Virus record (IMG/VR): IMGVR_UViG_3300022843_000001 | Span: 32,001-96,000 of that record | Strand: one strand, 5' to 3' | Source of the DNA: a virus | Length of the DNA stretch: 64,000 bases | Shown: one piece after another, positions 34,719 through 44,102 of the stretch | Position numbering within the stretch: the first letter of the stretch is position 1 | How the letters are laid out: each line of letters starts with the position of its first letter | The notes under the pieces: generated by a model | What the model saw: the letters and a program-made list of their open reading frames with translations, nothing else | Database searches by the model: none | What the model was told of the DNA's origin: nothing | Program-made: the position numbers and the translations under genes

Positions 34719-35011
34719 AGAGAAACAACCGGCAGTTTTGAAAACATAACAAAAGCAGTATCGTTTATAGTAGGGGTTGTGGAATTATACATTTCAGCAT
34801 CCCATAGTGATTGGGGTCGATCAATCGAACCTTCTGCGATACGGGTCATGTTGAGGGTGTCTTGTTCGTATCGCAATGCTGCGCGTTCTGCGGTTATACG
34901 AGAAGGATAAACACCAACTATTGAATCTTCTGTTGTTTTAACTGTAAACATAGTTTCAAAATCTAGCATTGTGTCTTTCATTTCTTGTTTTGTCATATTA
35001 AATCGGTTCAT
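34715..35011 (-). CDS. Early hypothetical protein
   Basis: Behind cassette-like promoter 35045-35072. Confidence 0.55.
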   Translation of the reverse strand: MNRFNMTKQEMKDTMLDFETMFTVKTTEDSIVGVYPSRITAERAALRYEQDTLNMTRIAEGSIDRPQSLWDAEMYNSTTPTINDTAFVMFSKLPVVSL

Positions 35012-35137
35012 TATATTTCACCTTGTTTATTAATTTATATATGTATTATATCATAACCCATGAGTATGTCAACAACTAATTGAACTAATTGTCACAAATA
35101 TTTTTATATGGGTATAAACTTAGTTAATAACGTTTTA

Positions 35138-35413
35138 TTATGCAGTTTTCGTATACGAATTCATCATATTAATAATAATGGCGTCACATTGTATCGTACT
35201 ATCGATAATGTCTGCCAATATACAGTCGACTGGGTAGTATGCATTTTCTATCTGTTTAGAAATGGCATAGTCTATATATTCATTCAAGTGGGTCACCGGC
35301 TTGTCTGATGAAAAATTCCAATGGCCTGCATGATCGCGAAAAAGTGGGTCACCGTCGACCCAGTGATTAGGTTTGTATCTTGCAGGAAATTTGTCTATTT
35401 TTGGGTTTTTCAT
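35138..35413 (-). CDS. Hypothetical protein
   Basis: ORF track. Confidence 0.55.
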   Translation of the reverse strand: MKNPKIDKFPARYKPNHWVDGDPLFRDHAGHWNFSSDKPVTHLNEYIDYAISKQIENAYYPVDCILADIIDSTIQCDAIIINMMNSYTKTA

Positions 35414-36024
35414 GTCAATTCTTCATTCTCGATATCTGCTTCTGAATCACCATCCCATTCGTCTTCCACCACATCTTCAACCTCTTTTTCTTTAAGCATA
35501 TTTTGTAATCTTTCGATCACTTCTTCGCTAGTCATCCAAAGATCTTTGTTGTCTAACATTGACTGAATCTCTCTTTCCGTCAAAAAACTTCTATAAATAT
35601 CATACAAAAAGTTTTCAGACCATCGCCGCTCATATATGATATTATCATACATTTCACCACCTTTACCCGAAGTGCCGCCACTGTAATTATGAAACATAAA
35701 CATAGAGTGCTCTGCAACTTCATAAGAGTCAGCACATAACATTATAATGGTAGCGGCCGACATACAAGAACCTTCAATAGAAACCATAACATATGCCTTG
35801 GTCTCTTTAAGTGATCGAGCAAATTGAATAGCAGTATATAAATTGCCTCCATCGGAATTTATATAGATCTTTATAACGTCTTGTTCTGATGCTTTTCGTA
35901 TCACATCAAACCAATTTATATATTGTTCTGGTGCTTCTATGTTACCGGACAAATAAAACTCATATAGATGTCCTATCGGAGTTTTTACAAAGGTGTCAGT
36001 TTCTATTAAATCGCTTATATTCAT
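35410..36024 (-). CDS. ClpP-like serine protease
   Basis: YINS.GG, G.CMSAAT, MFH. Confidence 0.8.
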   Translation of the reverse strand: MNISDLIETDTFVKTPIGHLYEFYLSGNIEAPEQYINWFDVIRKASEQDVIKIYINSDGGNLYTAIQFARSLKETKAYVMVSIEGSCMSAATIIMLCADSYEVAEHSMFMFHNYSGGTSGKGGEMYDNIIYERRWSENFLYDIYRSFLTEREIQSMLDNKDLWMTSEEVIERLQNMLKEKEVEDVVEDEWDGDSEADIENEELT

Positions 36025-36670
36025 TTCGTACCTTAATTAATTTAGGGATCCATTTATAAATCGGCTCTATAAAAATCTGGGGTTTTTGGTAATCAACCCC
36101 GATTGCTATAACAGACTGTTCGGGTACTAATCCAGTTTGTTCATATAAAGCCGCACCGTAAAATGCACATTGCATAAAATAACTTTCTATCCATTCTATT
36201 TTCTTAGGTTTTGCCGACGTTTTAAAATCAATAATCGATAACTTACCATTCCAGTTTGCTATACAATCAACGCGTCCTGCTATTTGTAACTTGTCGGAAT
36301 ATAACGCAACTTCCTGAGCATATATATCACCCACAGCAAGATCAAGCACAGGTTTTAGTGATGAAAATAAACTCGTCACAATTGGCATATAACCAGCAGA
36401 ATAATGCTCCTTGTTTGCCAAATAGTCTTCTGCTATTTGATGAAGTGCAGTTCCTCTAGTTGCCGCATGTCTTGATGTTCTATCTGCTTCGTCTTGACCA
36501 ACGTTTTTCTTCCATTGGTCAATAGCATCTTTGGACAACATAGACAAAATTGTGGTGATAGAAGGATATCTATCACCAGCGGGGGTAGTATACAAACGCT
36601 CGCCATCCACCATCTCTGCGAGCAGATCTTTATAGATTAATGGCAAGCCGACGTGGTTAAACATTACCAA
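35996..36670 (-). CDS. PD-(D/E)xK exonuclease
   Basis: YPS.TT.L, RGT..H, AGRVDC, IIDFKTS.K.K, Y..Q...Y. Confidence 0.85.
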   Translation of the reverse strand: MVMFNHVGLPLIYKDLLAEMVDGERLYTTPAGDRYPSITTILSMLSKDAIDQWKKNVGQDEADRTSRHAATRGTALHQIAEDYLANKEHYSAGYMPIVTSLFSSLKPVLDLAVGDIYAQEVALYSDKLQIAGRVDCIANWNGKLSIIDFKTSAKPKKIEWIESYFMQCAFYGAALYEQTGLVPEQSVIAIGVDYQKPQIFIEPIYKWIPKLIKVRNEYKRFNRN

Positions 36671-37356
36671 TCAACACCTAGTTTCATGTGTTCCTTGGTC
36701 ATGATGTACTCACGAACTAGATCACTTCTCACAATGTCTTCCCAACCAAATTCCACGCTTTTAAACATCTTCATATTCGAAAGTATTTCGAGAAATGTAT
36801 TAATGTCTTCTTTGTCTTTTCTGGTTGTAAAATCAGATTGATGATAGTCACCACAAGCAATAAACTTGCAGTTATTACCTAATCGGGTGATAGTTGTATT
36901 CAGTTCTCTACCAGAAAGATTTTGCATTTCGTCAACAACTACAATTGCATTGTCTATAGTGATGCCTCGAAGGTATGAAGTTGAAACAAATTGTACATCA
37001 CCTGCCGCTTTTAAACTCTCCCATGCATTGCTCTTATTGAACAGATCGTTGCAGATACAAACATACGGTGCTTCATAAACTAATTTCTTTTCGTCTTCGT
37101 CGCCTGGGAGAAAACCTATATCTCTCGATGGAACAATTGATCTTACAATAATAAGTTGCTTATATTTAGTCTCCTTGTCTAATACATCAACCAACGCATT
37201 AGCTATGGCTATATAAGTTTTTCCTGTACCGGCAGAACCAGAAAGGATTAAATGATAATTATCATTGTATGCCTTAAAAACCTTTTCTTGATTTTTAGTT
37301 ATAGGCCCGAAATTTTTAAGGTCTTCTAAACGTAACTTTGTTGCTCTTGGCTTCAT
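36664..37356 (-). CDS. phoH: PhoH-like protein
   Basis: GSAGTGKT, IGFLPG...EK, LRG.T, DEMQN, GD..QSD, RS.LV. Confidence 0.92.
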   Translation of the reverse strand: MKPRATKLRLEDLKNFGPITKNQEKVFKAYNDNYHLILSGSAGTGKTYIAIANALVDVLDKETKYKQLIIVRSIVPSRDIGFLPGDEDEKKLVYEAPYVCICNDLFNKSNAWESLKAAGDVQFVSTSYLRGITIDNAIVVVDEMQNLSGRELNTTITRLGNNCKFIACGDYHQSDFTTRKDKEDINTFLEILSNMKMFKSVEFGWEDIVRSDLVREYIMTKEHMKLGVDW

Positions 37357-37358
37357 AT

Positions 37359-37589
37359 TTAATAGTCTGGTATGTTGTTAACTTTACACGTTTCCTTGAC
37401 TTTAGATATCATTTCTCGGAATCCGTCATCTACTTTTATATTGGTGCCAACACCACTAACGATTTTGGGTGAACCGACGATCTGCTTTATATGTGGGTTG
37501 TCTGTTAAGAAGACTCCCATAGAGGCATAACTCATTAGTTGCTCAAATCGTTCTTCAGTTTTAGTGTTTTCAAAATCGTATAATGGCAT
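37359..37589 (-). CDS. FmdB-like small protein (MPLYDF...)
   Basis: MP.Y.F.N..T.E..E..M pattern next to phoH. Confidence 0.6.
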   Translation of the reverse strand: MPLYDFENTKTEERFEQLMSYASMGVFLTDNPHIKQIVGSPKIVSGVGTNIKVDDGFREMISKVKETCKVNNIPDY

Positions 37590-37602
37590 TTGCTTCTCTT
37601 GG

Positions 37603-37764
37603 TTAGTATTTCGATTCTTGTATGTCAACGATCTTCGAGTTAAGAAACTCTAACTTCGTCTGTATTTTGTGCGCCTGTTTGTGGTTGCCCTCCTTTTCTA
37701 ATCGATAAAGATAATGCTTCAATTCCTTTGAATCCTTTTTAAGACGTTCTATTTGTGGAGACAT
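37603..37764 (-). CDS. Small protein, 53 aa (MSPQIERLKKDSKELKHYL...)
   Basis: Hand translation; GAGG RBS. Confidence 0.55.
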   Translation of the reverse strand: MSPQIERLKKDSKELKHYLYRLEKEGNHKQAHKIQTKLEFLNSKIVDIQESKY

Positions 37765-37850
37765 ACTTACCTCTTTTATAAAAAAAGGCTGGTGTCGACT
37801 TTACTTCAACACCAGCCGCTAGTGTACGTGATCAACAATCACAAAACTAT

Positions 37851-38297
37851 TTATAAAAGGTCTTTGCTCGCAATAAGATGCGGAAACTCTGCAGTGATAA
37901 CCTTTACGGTCAGCCCTTTAACCACACCAGCCATCTTTTTGTCTTTCATCAATACTAAATATTCGGCATCAAGTGGGTGTATTTTTTCCAACATACTGAT
38001 AAATGCCGCCTCTTTCATAATGGGAGTCATTGAAGTTCTTTCTCCTACAACAAAATTGGCAAGTTGTGAAGATAATTTATCTAGGTTGATAGGCACCATC
38101 TTTTCTTCATTTTCAAGATAAAACGGAGTATAAGGAACTTCGCCCTTAGGTATAGACCACTGAATGGTGTCATCAAATGACCCTTTGAGAAAATCTCGCA
38201 GACCTAATGAGTTATGTAGTCTTAGTAGTTTAGATTTGTTAGCTGCACCTGTTGTTTCATGTACTTCTGCAAGCACTTCATGTAAATATTTCTTCAT
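37851..38297 (-). CDS. Conserved T4-like protein downstream of RNase H
   Basis: FD..I.W..P.GEVPY, E..FI.MLE..HP.DA..L...KDK. Confidence 0.7.
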   Translation of the reverse strand: MKKYLHEVLAEVHETTGAANKSKLLRLHNSLGLRDFLKGSFDDTIQWSIPKGEVPYTPFYLENEEKMVPINLDKLSSQLANFVVGERTSMTPIMKEAAFISMLEKIHPLDAEYLVLMKDKKMAGVVKGLTVKVITAEFPHLIASKDLL

Positions 38298-39166
38298 AAA
38301 AATTCTCCCACACACTCAATTAAGAGGCGCATTCTGTTAGTTATTAAATAATTGAGCACTTTGTTGTTGCCCTTCGCAATCTTCGCCATCTCGTCATCGT
38401 GAGTTTTATATATATTTTCCATAATGTCTTCTGGTGTATAAGATAAGTCTACAAGAGTTCGGTTTCTGATATAGTTGCGCCATTGGTCTTTGGTTAAATG
38501 CTTCTCTAATTCATCCTCGGTCATATTGGTAAGAGGTTCAATAAAAGATTTAAGAATTGGTTTCTGTCTACCACCTTCAACAAAGATCTTATCGTGACTG
38601 TGCATACTAGGAACACCATCCCCTTTGTCTCCACGTATAATATGTTCCCGCAGATATTTTACAGGGTCTGCATCCTTAACCTGCTTCTTTTGTACAGGGG
38701 CAAATTGTTTAACATTTGAATGGCGGTGCAACTGAATAAAGTCGTGATCACCAGAAACAATCATTACCTTTTCGCCTTGGCCAAATTCCTGAGTACGTTC
38801 GACAAGACCGCCAATTATATCGTCTGCCTCAGCACCTTCCACATAAACAACACTATATGGAAAATTGTTCTGTAGATCTTCGCGAACACCATTAATGATT
38901 TCGAATAGTTGTTCCCAATCAATTCCTTTTGCTACTGCCTTATCTCTGTCTTCTTTTCGTTTAAATTTGTATTCAGGAAAATAAGATCTGCGCCACGAGG
39001 TTGCGTCACAGCAGATTACCATGGTACCATATTCTTTGCGAAATTTAAGATTATACATTCTAATCGAATTTAAAATCTGGTGCTTGATGATATCGGCGCG
39101 GGTGTGATCGAGATTGTTTACCATAATATTTGCAATGGCGATTGCATTATAATCTATAAGTATCAC
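38294..39166 (-). CDS. rnh: RNase H / 5'-3' exonuclease
   Basis: IDYN.I, WRR..FP.YK..R, EADDII, S.D.DF.QL, I.GD..DG.P. Confidence 0.92.
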   Translation of the reverse strand: MILIDYNAIAIANIMVNNLDHTRADIIKHQILNSIRMYNLKFRKEYGTMVICCDATSWRRSYFPEYKFKRKEDRDKAVAKGIDWEQLFEIINGVREDLQNNFPYSVVYVEGAEADDIIGGLVERTQEFGQGEKVMIVSGDHDFIQLHRHSNVKQFAPVQKKQVKDADPVKYLREHIIRGDKGDGVPSMHSHDKIFVEGGRQKPILKSFIEPLTNMTEDELEKHLTKDQWRNYIRNRTLVDLSYTPEDIMENIYKTHDDEMAKIAKGNNKVLNYLITNRMRLLIECVGEFL

Positions 39167-39226
39167 TTGTTTTCCTATTTGTTAATCATTTCATGTATTA
39201 TATCATGGCTAGATGCTGTTGTCAAC

Positions 39227-39643
39227 CTATTTAAAAAGAGTTTTAACATGTTTTCGGTGAATTCGGCACCCAATGAAGGCATTATAATAATCTTCTGGCC
39301 TAAGCAACACCTCAAGATCAAATTGCAGCTTTGCCTCCATATAGTTCATTTCGCCTTTAGTCATGCAGAGCTCGAGTATCTCTCGTTGGAATCTGTCTTG
39401 TCCAAATTCCTCAACAAGAGACTTTACTAACTCACTGCTTCCATAATACTTTTGCCAGTCAGTTTCGACAATCTTTTTTCGTTTGCGGGTTTTGCCTTTG
39501 AGGGGTGGCAATTTACGGATAGACATAAGAGTCTTCTTGCCGACATATTTCATACCATTTGTGGTATCTGTTATGCAGTATATAAAACCTTTCCATTCAC
39601 CAATATCAGCAGAGGTAAACTCTTTACCTTTATAAATCCACAT
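39227..39643 (-). CDS. GIY-YIG (Seg-like) endonuclease
   Basis: GFIYCIT...GMKYVGKK, W..YYGSS, F.REIL, Y.E.K.QF. Confidence 0.75.
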   Translation of the reverse strand: MWIYKGKEFTSADIGEWKGFIYCITDTTNGMKYVGKKTLMSIRKLPPLKGKTRKRKKIVETDWQKYYGSSELVKSLVEEFGQDRFQREILELCMTKGEMNYMEAKLQFDLEVLLRPEDYYNAFIGCRIHRKHVKTLFK

Positions 39644-39806
39644 TTTGAGGAATCCCTTTTTTGTGGTTATCCAGAATGCTGCAAGTCTGCATCTCACATT
39701 CCATGCCATCAATATGGGTACATCCATTTTCAAGATAGTAATCACAGGCCCATACTGGGTCGTTCGGGTGCAAAATTCTGCCTATGAACCCTTCATAATC
39801 AAACAT
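39630..39806 (-). CDS. Small Cys-containing protein, 58 aa
   Basis: Hand translation MFDYEGFIGRILHPNDPVWACDYY...; GGA RBS. Confidence 0.45.
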   Translation of the reverse strand: MFDYEGFIGRILHPNDPVWACDYYLENGCTHIDGMECEMQTCSILDNHKKGIPQNVDL

Positions 39807-39873
39807 AAAAATATTTCCTAATCAAACAATTATTTATATGTGTGGCCAAGGAAGACCACACATATAAATTATA

Positions 39874-40899
39874 TCAGCCCTCGCATGCTTCACAAGAGCC
39901 ACTTGATGCTTTTACCCCCGATTCAGATCGTATATAATACAAAGATTTTATGAAAGGATCTTTGAATGCCATTTCATGTATTTTTGAAATTACTTCTTCT
40001 TTCTCGTCAGCACTAAAAAATAAGTTAATAGATTGTGCCTGATCGATATGTCTTTGACGCGCCGATGCCAATCGAATAATCGATTCTTGGTTGATTTCAA
40101 ACGCCGTCTTGAAAACTTCTTTCTGGTGATCATCAAGCCATTCAACATCCTGAACTGAACCGTTATCATCTATAATAGCATTTATAGTCTTCGGATTAAA
40201 AACACCTTTCTCTTTCATAACTGCTATGAGTACCGGATTGATTCTGTCAACTTCGCCAGCACTAGTTCTTTGCACGTATGCATTTTTGTATATAGGTTCA
40301 ATTCCTTGAGATACAGAGCCACATAAAATTGCCGAGGACAAATTAGGGGCAATTGCCATGCGGTGAGTGTTACGCAAACCGTAACCAACGCACCATTCCG
40401 GTTCACCTAGGGTTTCTGCTAACCAACGGCTAGCACGCTCTGAAGCTGTTGCCAGTTGTTTAAAAATTGAGTTGTTGATCATATGCGCTTCCATACTTTC
40501 AAAAGCAATGTTTTTCTGTTGTAAATAAGTATGAAAACCTAATGTACCTAAACCTAACGCTCTACTCTTTTCTGTGAAGCGAACTGCCTTTTCTAATCCA
40601 CGAATCTTTTTGCCTTCTTGGATAAATTCTTCGGCCACGCAGTCAAGAAAAACGGTTGCGTCAAATATAACTTCGTCTGGGTCTTTCATATTATCATATT
40701 GAGATAGGTTGATTGACGAAAGAACACAAGTAAAAGTAACATCATCAAAGCCTTCTCCTGTATCACTAGAAGTTGCATTCAATGTAATTTCAGTACAATT
40801 GTGTACTAATATATCATTTGCAAAGAAGTTATGATTATTCTCTACTGTAAGATCAAACACCGCTTCTTTATTATCTAAATATTCTATTGTTAAACTCAT
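39874..40899 (-). CDS. nrdA: Split intein C-fragment (34 aa) + ribonucleotide reductase alpha C-terminal part
   Basis: ...FDLTVENNHNFFANDILVHN|CTEI restores NLCxEI; AIAPN.SS, SLYY.R, C-terminal CEACEG. Confidence 0.93.
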   Translation of the reverse strand: MSLTIEYLDNKEAVFDLTVENNHNFFANDILVHNCTEITLNATSSDTGEGFDDVTFTCVLSSINLSQYDNMKDPDEVIFDATVFLDCVAEEFIQEGKKIRGLEKAVRFTEKSRALGLGTLGFHTYLQQKNIAFESMEAHMINNSIFKQLATASERASRWLAETLGEPEWCVGYGLRNTHRMAIAPNLSSAILCGSVSQGIEPIYKNAYVQRTSAGEVDRINPVLIAVMKEKGVFNPKTINAIIDDNGSVQDVEWLDDHQKEVFKTAFEINQESIIRLASARQRHIDQAQSINLFFSADEKEEVISKIHEMAFKDPFIKSLYYIRSESGVKASSGSCEACEG

Positions 40900-41654
40900 A
40901 TTTTCTTATTCCTATGATTATTGCCGTCAAGCAAGGTTAAATCTGTTATTTTAAATGTTTCTATTAGCAACGTTTGTATATTTTCGTTCCATACCGGTTC
41001 TCTATATTTTCCTTTCAAACTCTTAGGTAGCGGTTGACCATAGACTTCGACAAAGTATCTTTTAGTCATGGCCATACTCCATCTTCCATATTTTTTAAAT
41101 ATTATTTTACAGGCCTCGAGTATATCTTCATTTGATATACCAGTAAATCTTGGGTTTTTTTCACCAGTGACAGAAGCACCAGTTTTTAATTTCCATTCAT
41201 CCGATCTTTTCATTCCTACATGAAAAAACACCCATTTACCAGATAGTACATGTGGATGATCTTTTTTAACTCGACCAATTCGAACTCCAGTAATAGAATC
41301 TTTTACAATTAAAGTTCCGGTGTGTCGTTTCGAAACTTCTGCTGCAATGATCTTGCGAGCTGCAGAATACGCTCTAGATGATAATCTTTTTCCCTTTGAC
41401 ACAACTCTACCCATATTGATCAAAGCCTGGTTTGCTTTATATCTGCCCTGCCCTGTTGCTAATTTAGCGAGCAATACATGAGCAATCCAATGTTCTTTTT
41501 GTGTCAGAAGTATCATATTAAAACTTTCATCTGTACCGCCAAATGATCTTGGTAGTATGTGATGATTTTCGTATTTAAAATCGCGATCTTTTTTAGATCG
41601 ACCTAGGTTTCGTCTGCTTTCTATTAAATTATTGTACAAGTTCAGATAGTTCAT
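40896..41654 (-). mobile_element. HNH homing endonuclease between nrdA halves
   Basis: YENHHILPRSFGGTD...N...LT..EH..AH. Confidence 0.85.
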
Positions 41655-41658
41655 TTTT

Positions 41659-41693
41659 AATCCTGTTTAGTACTATTTATACTAAACAGGATT
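41659..41693 (-). promoter_or_regulatory. RBS-sequestering hairpin containing a late promoter
   Basis: 14-bp perfect IR AATCCTGTTTAGTA/TACTAAACAGGATT; TATAAATA at 41674-41681; AGGA RBS in 3' strand. Confidence 0.8.
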
Positions 41694-41723
41694 TCCAAAC
41701 ATAAAGATGTTAATGAATAGAGA

Positions 41724-42878
41724 TTACCCTATTACAAGTTCGTCATCTTCAAGCAATTCTTTCGCCATAACATATCCACGATTTTTTGTAAATATTTTAT
41801 GATCTGGAGTACATTTAATAGATTTTCCAGTTTCATCATCCGTGATTTTCATAATAGTAGCGTTAGGGTTTGTTTCCGCACCATCAGTAATTGTTTCCCA
41901 ATTGCCCAATTTATTCTCAACATCATACGACCAGATTTTCCAATCATCGAGATTATTGTTATAATGATTTTCAATGAAATGTTGCAAGGTACAAGATTTA
42001 ACACCAGAAACATCTCCTTTAACTGTTATAATAGTATCTCCAGTCATACATAAATTTGATGCATATACTTGCAGACCGCGATCCTTGTACATTGCTGGGC
42101 TTTGTCTGTTTACTTTATCAACAAAGAAGAAATATCCCTTACCTGTCAACATTTTAATCTTCAATGCTTTCTGATATCGGGCAACTGCATCTTCCTCACC
42201 TTTGTCTAAACGTTCGATAAAATCGTCACTTATATTCCAACCAACATTCACATCGTCAGGCATTGTTTCTACGTGCTGACACATCTCCCAAAAATCACCG
42301 CTTTCGATAGGAATATATCCTGCCCATGAACCCCGTCTAGTACTTCCTTGAGAAACGTCTCGAGACATCTGCACAAAGTCCTTGAATACAGGTACAACAC
42401 CACTTGCGGCGCCACCACCTTTGATATGCGTACCTCGTTCACGAATAGCGCCAAGATACGAACTTGTACCAAAACCGTTCTTTGAAAGGAGAGCACCTTC
42501 TTTCTGGGCTTCATAGAAATTATACACCGAATCACCAACGTAACTTCCAGAACACGATACAGGCATACCACGAGTCGTTCCCATATTTGCCATTACTGGT
42601 GTACTTGGAGCAAGAAAACCATTCCACATCAAATCGAAGAATTTAGTATTCCATTCTTCGCTCGATTCGCCCATGTGCTTCGAGGCGGTTTTTGCGATAC
42701 GTTCAAACGTCGACCGAACATCCGGTTCAGATTCCGTTTGATATTTTTCCTTAAACATTTGCCACCCAGGAGTGGTGTAGTAATCGGGAATTCTGCCAGA
42801 CGCCTGTAACTTCTTACGTTCCCTGCCCAGCTCTTTATAAATTGATACGTGTTCTTCTACCATTATACTTGTCCCCAT
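41724..42878 (-). CDS. nrdA: Ribonucleotide reductase alpha N-terminal part + split intein N-fragment
   Basis: PSTPVMANMG, VSCS, Q.STRRGS.A.Y, ...YASNL|CMTGDT, CTPDHKIFTKNRGYV.AK.L. Confidence 0.93.
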   Translation of the reverse strand: MGTSIMVEEHVSIYKELGRERKKLQASGRIPDYYTTPGWQMFKEKYQTESEPDVRSTFERIAKTASKHMGESSEEWNTKFFDLMWNGFLAPSTPVMANMGTTRGMPVSCSGSYVGDSVYNFYEAQKEGALLSKNGFGTSSYLGAIRERGTHIKGGGAASGVVPVFKDFVQMSRDVSQGSTRRGSWAGYIPIESGDFWEMCQHVETMPDDVNVGWNISDDFIERLDKGEEDAVARYQKALKIKMLTGKGYFFFVDKVNRQSPAMYKDRGLQVYASNLCMTGDTIITVKGDVSGVKSCTLQHFIENHYNNNLDDWKIWSYDVENKLGNWETITDGAETNPNATIMKITDDETGKSIKCTPDHKIFTKNRGYVMAKELLEDDELVIG

Positions 42879-43864
42879 ATGAAGTTAGTTTCTTTCCAGT
42901 CTCTGTTATATTCTGATCCAGTTGATATAAAGAAGTCATGAAGCTTTGATGAATTGATATTACGATAAAACCATTTCTCTATAGGATTGTATGTAGGTTT
43001 ATATAGCTTTTGATAACCAAGTTGTTCAAGACACAAATCAATTCTTGACTGTACGAACATGTCTAGCTGATGTTCTGTAATGCCACGAATGTTTCCTTTC
43101 TCAAAAATCATCTTGATAATTTCTTTTTCATGCTCGTAAGTTTTTGTAGCTACCTTAATAATATCCTTCTCTAAAGTTTCAAGTTCTTTCTTGGTTAAAT
43201 TGGCTTCTCTCATTAAGGTCTTGAACAACCAAGCATCTGCCATTGCGTGTAGATTTTCATCCTTAACTGAGAAGTTAATACCAGCAATTAGGTTTGTCAG
43301 TTTGTTTTTGCCTTCGGCTTGAAAGTGTTTTAGAAAGGCGAAGTTTGCATATAACACAGCACCTTCAACAAAGGAAAACGCGCCAAGACTTCTTAACAAA
43401 TCCATGTTGTTGTCACTTGGTGACAACAACACATCTCCAATCCACGATATACGATCACTCAATACTTTGTTTTCTTTGTAAGAGTTGTAAAATTCGTTGG
43501 TTGCAAGACCAAGAATTTCGTTTATCTTTGAATAGAAAGGTGCATGAACATTTATTTCCACATAGGCGAACATATTTGCCATTCGCTGAATGTCTGGCCG
43601 AGGAAATGATTTTGCAACACGAGCTGACCAATATTCATTGCCAACATTTAGTTCATATTCTGTGAACAGTTGTAGTACAGTTGTAACGCCGTGTAGTTCT
43701 GCTTCGTCGAGGTTGTTCTTGAGATCATGAAGATCTTTCTCCATCGATATCTCGCGTTCTGTCCATAATATATCTTGTTGTTCTTCCGAAAATGCTATTG
43801 CTTCAGGATAGTCAAACGTATATTCGGATTTTTTGGTTCTTATTCTTGGTAATTCCTCGCTCAT
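42863..43864 (-). CDS. nrdB: Ribonucleotide reductase beta subunit
   Basis: W...EI.ME.D, E..VH...Y, EG..LY..F, DE..H. Confidence 0.93.
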   Translation of the reverse strand: MSEELPRIRTKKSEYTFDYPEAIAFSEEQQDILWTEREISMEKDLHDLKNNLDEAELHGVTTVLQLFTEYELNVGNEYWSARVAKSFPRPDIQRMANMFAYVEINVHAPFYSKINEILGLATNEFYNSYKENKVLSDRISWIGDVLLSPSDNNMDLLRSLGAFSFVEGAVLYANFAFLKHFQAEGKNKLTNLIAGINFSVKDENLHAMADAWLFKTLMREANLTKKELETLEKDIIKVATKTYEHEKEIIKMIFEKGNIRGITEHQLDMFVQSRIDLCLEQLGYQKLYKPTYNPIEKWFYRNINSSKLHDFFISTGSEYNRDWKETNFIWGQV

Positions 43865-43957
43865 TCGTTGTATTCCTATAGTTCAATGTTTAATTTCGTA
43901 AGACTATTATACATCATTCAGGTGCACTTGTCAACCCAAAGCTAGAATTATTTGGTA

Positions 43958-44015
43958 TTGACAAATAGTTGGTTATGTGTTATAATAACTAAGTTGTGCC
44001 GGGGCAGGTTGGTAT
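43958..44015 (+). promoter_or_regulatory. Plus-strand sigma70 promoter followed by conserved 29-nt G-rich element, copy 2
   Basis: TTGACA 43958-43963, TATAAT 43981-43986, AACTAAGTTGTGCCGGGGCAGGTTGGTAT. Confidence 0.7.
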
Positions 44016-44055
44016 ACACAATATACTAATTTATGCTGGCAGAGTTATTTATAAG

Positions 44056-44096
44056 ACTGGATTACCGAGATAGGGGGGAATCAACGGTAATCCAGT
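44056..44096. terminator. Strong hairpin (terminator or RNA structure)
   Basis: ACTGGATTACCG-17 nt-CGGTAATCCAGT. Confidence 0.55.
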
Positions 44097-44102
44097 ATTT
44101 AT

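Noticed and set aside
35996-36670. Cas4-like exonuclease suggesting CRISPR
   Set aside because: No repeat-spacer array or other cas genes; promoter cassettes are dispersed, not arrayed
42863-43864. Group I intron in nrdB
   Set aside because: ORF is continuous and of normal length
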